A stretch of 10,784 nt of DNA from contig SDNY01000123.1 in the NCBI GenBank assembly GCA_004524535.1, positions 1 through 10,784 of the forward strand, given 5' to 3'. The stretch comes from Promethearchaeota archaeon (GTDB lineage Archaea; Asgardarchaeota; Lokiarchaeia; Sigyniarchaeales; SOKP01). A program made the position numbers and the translations under genes. Positions 7,348-10,784 of this stretch are shown in pieces. The notes under the pieces were generated by a model. The model searched no databases, was not told where the DNA came from, and saw only the letters and a list, made by a program, of their open reading frames with translations. Position 1 is the stretch's first letter; each line of letters begins with the position of its first letter.

Positions 7348-8094
7348 ATGGATTTTTGGAAATATTACGATGTTACGCACAAGGAGCATCTCATATGCAA
7401 TCCTATGAGCATCGAAAAATTAAACGAGCTTATCACCCTCTTGGCGTTAAAATCAGGTTCAAAAGTGTTAGAAATCGCCACCGGTAAAGGAGAATTTCTG
7501 ATTCGGCTCGTCGAAAAGTATAATGTATCCGCAATAGGCGTTGATATCTCGCCCTACCATCTCGGTGATGCTAAAAGAAAAGCGAAAGAGCGTGTCCCGA
7601 ATGCCGATTTAAAACTAATTGAAATGGACGGTGCCAATTATAAGCCCGATACACCAGAGAGCTTTGACCTCACATGTTGTTTAGGTGCCAGTTGGATTTA
7701 TAACGGAAATGAGGGTACACTTAAGTATTTGATGAGCCAAACAAAGCGCAACGGACTCGTCGTTGTGGGAGAACCATTTTGGATCAGCAAGCCACCAAAA
7801 GAGTATTTCGCTCTCTCGGAAATAGAATATGAGATGTTCAGCAACCACGCTGGAAACGTGCAAATTGGAGAGAATCTCGGTCTAAAACTGCTTTACACTT
7901 TTGTGGGCACCCATGATGATTGGGATAGATATCTCGGGCTCCAATGGTATGCAATGGACAAATATGCTCAGTTATATCCGGAAGATCCTGACCTTCCCGA
8001 GTTTTTGGCCAAATTAAATAAAGAGAAAAAATTATATCTGAAATGGGAGCGGGAGGCATTTGGGTGGGCTATTTATGTGTTTAGAAAGCCGTAA
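7348..8094 (+). CDS. Class I SAM-dependent methyltransferase
   Basis: Motif I VLEIATGKGE, motif II GVDIS, EMDG, SFDLTCCLGASWI, GLVVVGEPFW; visibly more GC-rich than its neighbours. Substrate unknown. Confidence 0.9.
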   Translation: MDFWKYYDVTHKEHLICNPMSIEKLNELITLLALKSGSKVLEIATGKGEFLIRLVEKYNVSAIGVDISPYHLGDAKRKAKERVPNADLKLIEMDGANYKPDTPESFDLTCCLGASWIYNGNEGTLKYLMSQTKRNGLVVVGEPFWISKPPKEYFALSEIEYEMFSNHAGNVQIGENLGLKLLYTFVGTHDDWDRYLGLQWYAMDKYAQLYPEDPDLPEFLAKLNKEKKLYLKWEREAFGWAIYVFRKP

Positions 8095-8114
8095 ATATAA
8101 TAAGAAAAAAAAAA

Positions 8115-8228
8115 TTATTGAAGCTTGTCCTTCATTTCCATATAGAAATCCAGTGAATCAGGGTTTCCTAAAGCACCTCGATTGGCAACAGACATTCCAT
8201 GGAGGATTTTTATGAGCGCAATTTCCAC
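8115..8228 (-). repeat. Diverged copy (114 bp) of the ligase gene 3' end
   Basis: Translates VEIALIKILHGMSVANRGALGNPDSLDFYMEMKDKLQ*; followed by a T10 tract (8105-8114) on the minus strand. Confidence 0.95.
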
Positions 8229-8246
8229 AAGGATGAATATAAAGAA

Positions 8247-8534
8247 TTATAACTGAAGACGCTGTTTTGAATGGAGAATCGCTACTATTTTAATTAACTC
8301 GTTATTTTCATCAACTTGATAAAGAATTCTATAATCTTTAAAAAGAAGTCTTCTAATATTATGCTGCTCTAATTGCGGAATAATTCCATACATTTTAGGA
8401 AATTCTTTAAGAGATTCTATTTTAATATAAAAATCTTCTAAGAAATGTTCTGCATATTGTATAGAATTTTCTGAGTAATAATTATATATGTTCTTTAACT
8501 GCCGCTTGGCTTTTTCTGAGATTCTGATTTCCAT
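8247..8534 (-). CDS. RelE/ParE-family type II toxin
   Basis: IRISEKAKRQLKNIYNY..ENS..YA...IESLKEFPKMYG...RRLLFKDYRILYQVD...IKIVAILHSKQ. Confidence 0.9.
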   Translation of the reverse strand: MEIRISEKAKRQLKNIYNYYSENSIQYAEHFLEDFYIKIESLKEFPKMYGIIPQLEQHNIRRLLFKDYRILYQVDENNELIKIVAILHSKQRLQL

Positions 8535-8722
8535 TTTCCAGACAAACTTTTCATTTCTTCAAGAGAATAAGATCTTCCTTGCTTAAAATCTTCTAAACCT
8601 TCTAATACCTGTTTTTTTACATATAATAAATCAATTAATTCCTCAATTTCCTCAGAAGGCGTATCCTCAGGCAAGTCTTTAATGAGTTTGATAATGTCTT
8701 CTTTAATTAGCTTTAATGTCAT
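8495..8722 (-). CDS. Cognate antitoxin of the RelE/ParE toxin
   Basis: Small protein KEDIIKLIKDLPED...LYVKKQVLEGLEDFKQGRSYSLEEMK..KW directly upstream of, and overlapping by 40 bp, the toxin. Confidence 0.8.
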   Translation of the reverse strand: MTLKLIKEDIIKLIKDLPEDTPSEEIEELIDLLYVKKQVLEGLEDFKQGRSYSLEEMKSLSGKWKSESQKKPSGS

Positions 8723-8822
8723 ACTCTTCTCTATTACTATAAAATTATTAAATTTAATATATTTATGGTTGAAGAGTCTTATAATTTTTACTTATTAATT
8801 CATAGTCTTTACTCTATATATT

Positions 8823-8839
8823 AAAAAAAAATAAAAAAA
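8823..8839 (-). terminator. T-rich terminator of the ligase gene
   Basis: Two T runs on the minus strand immediately after the TAA at 8841-8843. Confidence 0.5.
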
Positions 8840-8840
8840 T

Positions 8841-10784
8841 TTATTGCTGAAGTTTATCTTTCATTTCCATATAGAAATCCAGTGAATCAGGGTTTCTTAA
8901 AGCACCTCGATTGGCAACAGACATTCCGTGAATGATTTTAGTAACCGCAATTTCGACCTTTTTGTTGCTGAACGTATAAGGAATACCGTCTGGTGGAGCT
9001 TGAAAGATTAACTTAGGTACATGTCGTGGAGAGGTTTTTTCTCTTAAAATTTGTCTTATTTTCACTTTTAAATCATCATTTAACTCATACTCTTCATTCA
9101 GAAGCACAAACATTACGATTCTGATATCACCTTGAAATTTTTGCCCGATTACCAATGAATCAGAGACCTCAGGAAGTTGTTCTACCACATTATAAATCTC
9201 TGCTGTCCCAATTCGGACGCCACTTGGTTTTAAAACCGCATCTGATCTTCCCCAAAAAGTAATACCTCCTGTGTCACTATGAATGACAATATAATCACCA
9301 TGTCTCCATATCTTTTTACCCTTAGCTTTAAAATAATCAAAATAAGCTGCTTTATATTTTGTCATGTTGTCATCATCTTCCCAGAAATATATAGGCATTG
9401 AAGGTGCGGGAGCTTCACATACAAGCTCGCCTTGTTCATTCTCTACAATATCTCCGTTATCATTATATGATTCAACCTTCATAGCTAAAGCACGTCCCTG
9501 TAATTCACCAGAATATACAGGAAGTATTGGGATTGCACCAGCAAAACAACCATTAATATCCGTACCCCCGCTGATCGAATTAAAGAATAAATCTTTCTTA
9601 ATTTCTCGGTACACGTATTCAAATCCTTCCGGAGAAAGGGTAGATGCTGTTTGCGAGATTTCTCTTAATGCACTTAAGTCATATTTCTCAGCAGGTTTCA
9701 CACCAAGACCCATTAAGTAATGGATATACGCAGCGCTTGTCCCAAATATAGAGATTTTGTGTTTTTCAATCAATTCAAAAAATCTCAATGGTTCTGGGTA
9801 AAGTGGATTCCCATCATATAAGAATATCGTTGCGCCCACTGCGAGGCCACTGATAAGCCAGTTCCACATTTTGGCTGGTATAAGAAAGACTTATACCATC
9901 ATCCATGAGGGCGCGGTGATATAATTCAGTACATCGCTTCTCTTACAATCAGTGGAAAGAATAAGTTCCTTTAAATGATTGATTAACACTCCACCAGCGC
10001 TCTGTACCATACACTTCGGTTTTCCTGTCGTTCCCGAGGAGAACATTACATAAATAGGATGGTCAAAGGGTAATTGTACAAATTCAAGTGGAGGATCTTC
10101 ATCTTTAGAAATAAAGTCTTCCCAATTCACGGCTTTAGGAATACCACTGACATCACATTTACTATCAGATACATAAGTAACAACAACTACCTTTTCTATA
10201 GAAGGGATAGCTTCCACAACAGCCTTTGCATTCTCTCGAATATCAAAAATCTTATCTCTATAGAAATATCCATCAACGGTAAACAGCACTTTGGGTTCAA
10301 TTTGACCAAATCTATCTATGACTGCGCTTGGTTGGAGCTCTGCTCCACAAGATGCCCAAGTTGCTCCAATTGCTGCACCTGCAAGCATCGCAACTGGAGT
10401 TTCGATTAAGTTAGGAATATAAGATACAACTATATCACCTACCTTAACTCCAATTTCTTTGAGAGATTTTGCTAGACGAGCAACTGTCTTATTTAATTCA
10501 GCGTAGGTCATCTGCTTTGATACTTTTGTTTCACCTTGAAAATCAAAAGCTAACTTGTCGTCTTTATATTTCAGTAAATTCTCAGCAAAATTTAATAATG
10601 CTCCGGGAAACCACTTAGTTCCAGGAAAAACATTCAAATCCTCGACTACCTTATCATATTTTTTTGAGGCAATAATTCCAGCGAAATCCCACATTGCTCC
10701 CCAAAAATCCGGAATTTTTTCAACAGACCACCTATATAGCTCTTTACCACCAGTAATATTTGCATCATAATTTTTATTAGCAAA
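8841..10784 (-). CDS. Acetoacetate-CoA ligase (acetoacetyl-CoA synthetase), 5'-truncated by the window edge and interrupted by a 30-nt in-frame insert at 9870-9899
   Basis: Frame is open from 10784 (FANKNYD...ELYRWSVEKIPDFWGAMWDF). Motifs: WFPGALLNFAENLL, P-loop FSSGTTGKPKCMVQSAGG, SWM|MWNWLISGL, SISGGTDINGCF, WRHGDY, GRSDAVLKPSGVRIGTAEIY, SPRHVP, KKVEIAV. The ORF track's 9891-10694 and 8841-9869 ORFs are in the same frame. Confidence 0.93.
9870..9899 (-). other. Candidate 30-nt bulge-helix-bulge mRNA intron
   Basis: mRNA CCUCA-UGGA-[UG^A]-UGGUAUAAG-UCUUU-CUUAUACCA-GCCA-[AA^A]-UGUGG: two 3-nt bulges, a 4-nt central helix (3 Watson-Crick pairs plus one A.G), a 9-bp inner stem and an in-frame UAA. 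Excision gives UCA UGG AUG AUG UGG AAC UGG (SWMMWNW). Confidence 0.75.

Noticed and set aside
7293-8059. ORFs 7293-7487(+), 7681-7863(-) and 7838-8059(-)
   Set aside because: They overlap the well-supported methyltransferase and show no recognisable protein features.
6062-8228. CRISPR array, integron attC sites or ncRNA as the explanation for the intergenic repeats
   Set aside because: The repeats vary from 21 to 135 bp, are irregularly spaced, are not palindromic and translate to the ligase C-terminus; no cas or integrase gene is present in the window.
8495-8534. 40-bp antitoxin/toxin overlap as a possible frameshift or fusion
   Set aside because: Overlap is normal translational coupling in TA operons and both ORFs look complete.
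9875-9896. Spliceosomal-looking GT...AG segment (GTATAAGTCTTTCTTATACCAG) inside the insert
   Set aside because: It is 22 nt; removing it leaves 8 extra nt and shifts the frame, whereas the 30-nt BHB excision restores the motif exactly.
9870-9899. Stop-codon readthrough or Sec/Pyl recoding of the ligase
   Set aside because: The stop is TAA rather than TGA/TAG, and readthrough would insert 10 residues into the conserved WMMWNW motif.
8841-10694. Two independent genes, a sequencing frameshift, or a transposon footprint with an ATG duplication
   Set aside because: Both halves are in one frame and the break falls within the adenylation core. A footprint cannot be fully excluded but would not explain two correctly placed 3-nt bulges, so it is disfavoured rather than disproved.
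9364-10770. ORFs 9364-9720(+), 10074-10409(+) and 10555-10770(+)
   Set aside because: Antisense shadows of the acetoacetate-CoA ligase.

Overview
AT-rich archaeal window, most likely from an Asgard (Lokiarchaeia-like) genome; this is inferred from aIF-1A and a zinc-ribbon/LRR protein type I associate with Lokiarchaeia. Left half: 3' end of a GH78 alpha-L-rhamnosidase, aIF-1A divergent from a cold-shock protein, a CxPxR sulfatase, a 52-aa Cys-rich desulforedoxin-like gene missing from the ORF track, and the LRR protein. The right half holds the two main findings. (1) The acetoacetate-CoA ligase gene is interrupted by a 30-nt stop-containing insert (9870-9899). The insert folds into a relaxed bulge-helix-bulge (BHB), and cutting at the canonical BHB positions exactly restores the conserved WMMWNW motif, making it a candidate archaeal mRNA intron. 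(2) Downstream of that gene is an array of cargo modules (three type II toxin-antitoxin pairs and a SAM methyltransferase). They are separated by four diverged, frame-preserving copies of the gene's own 3' end, suggesting repeated cassette accretion at this gene end; no integrase is visible in the window.
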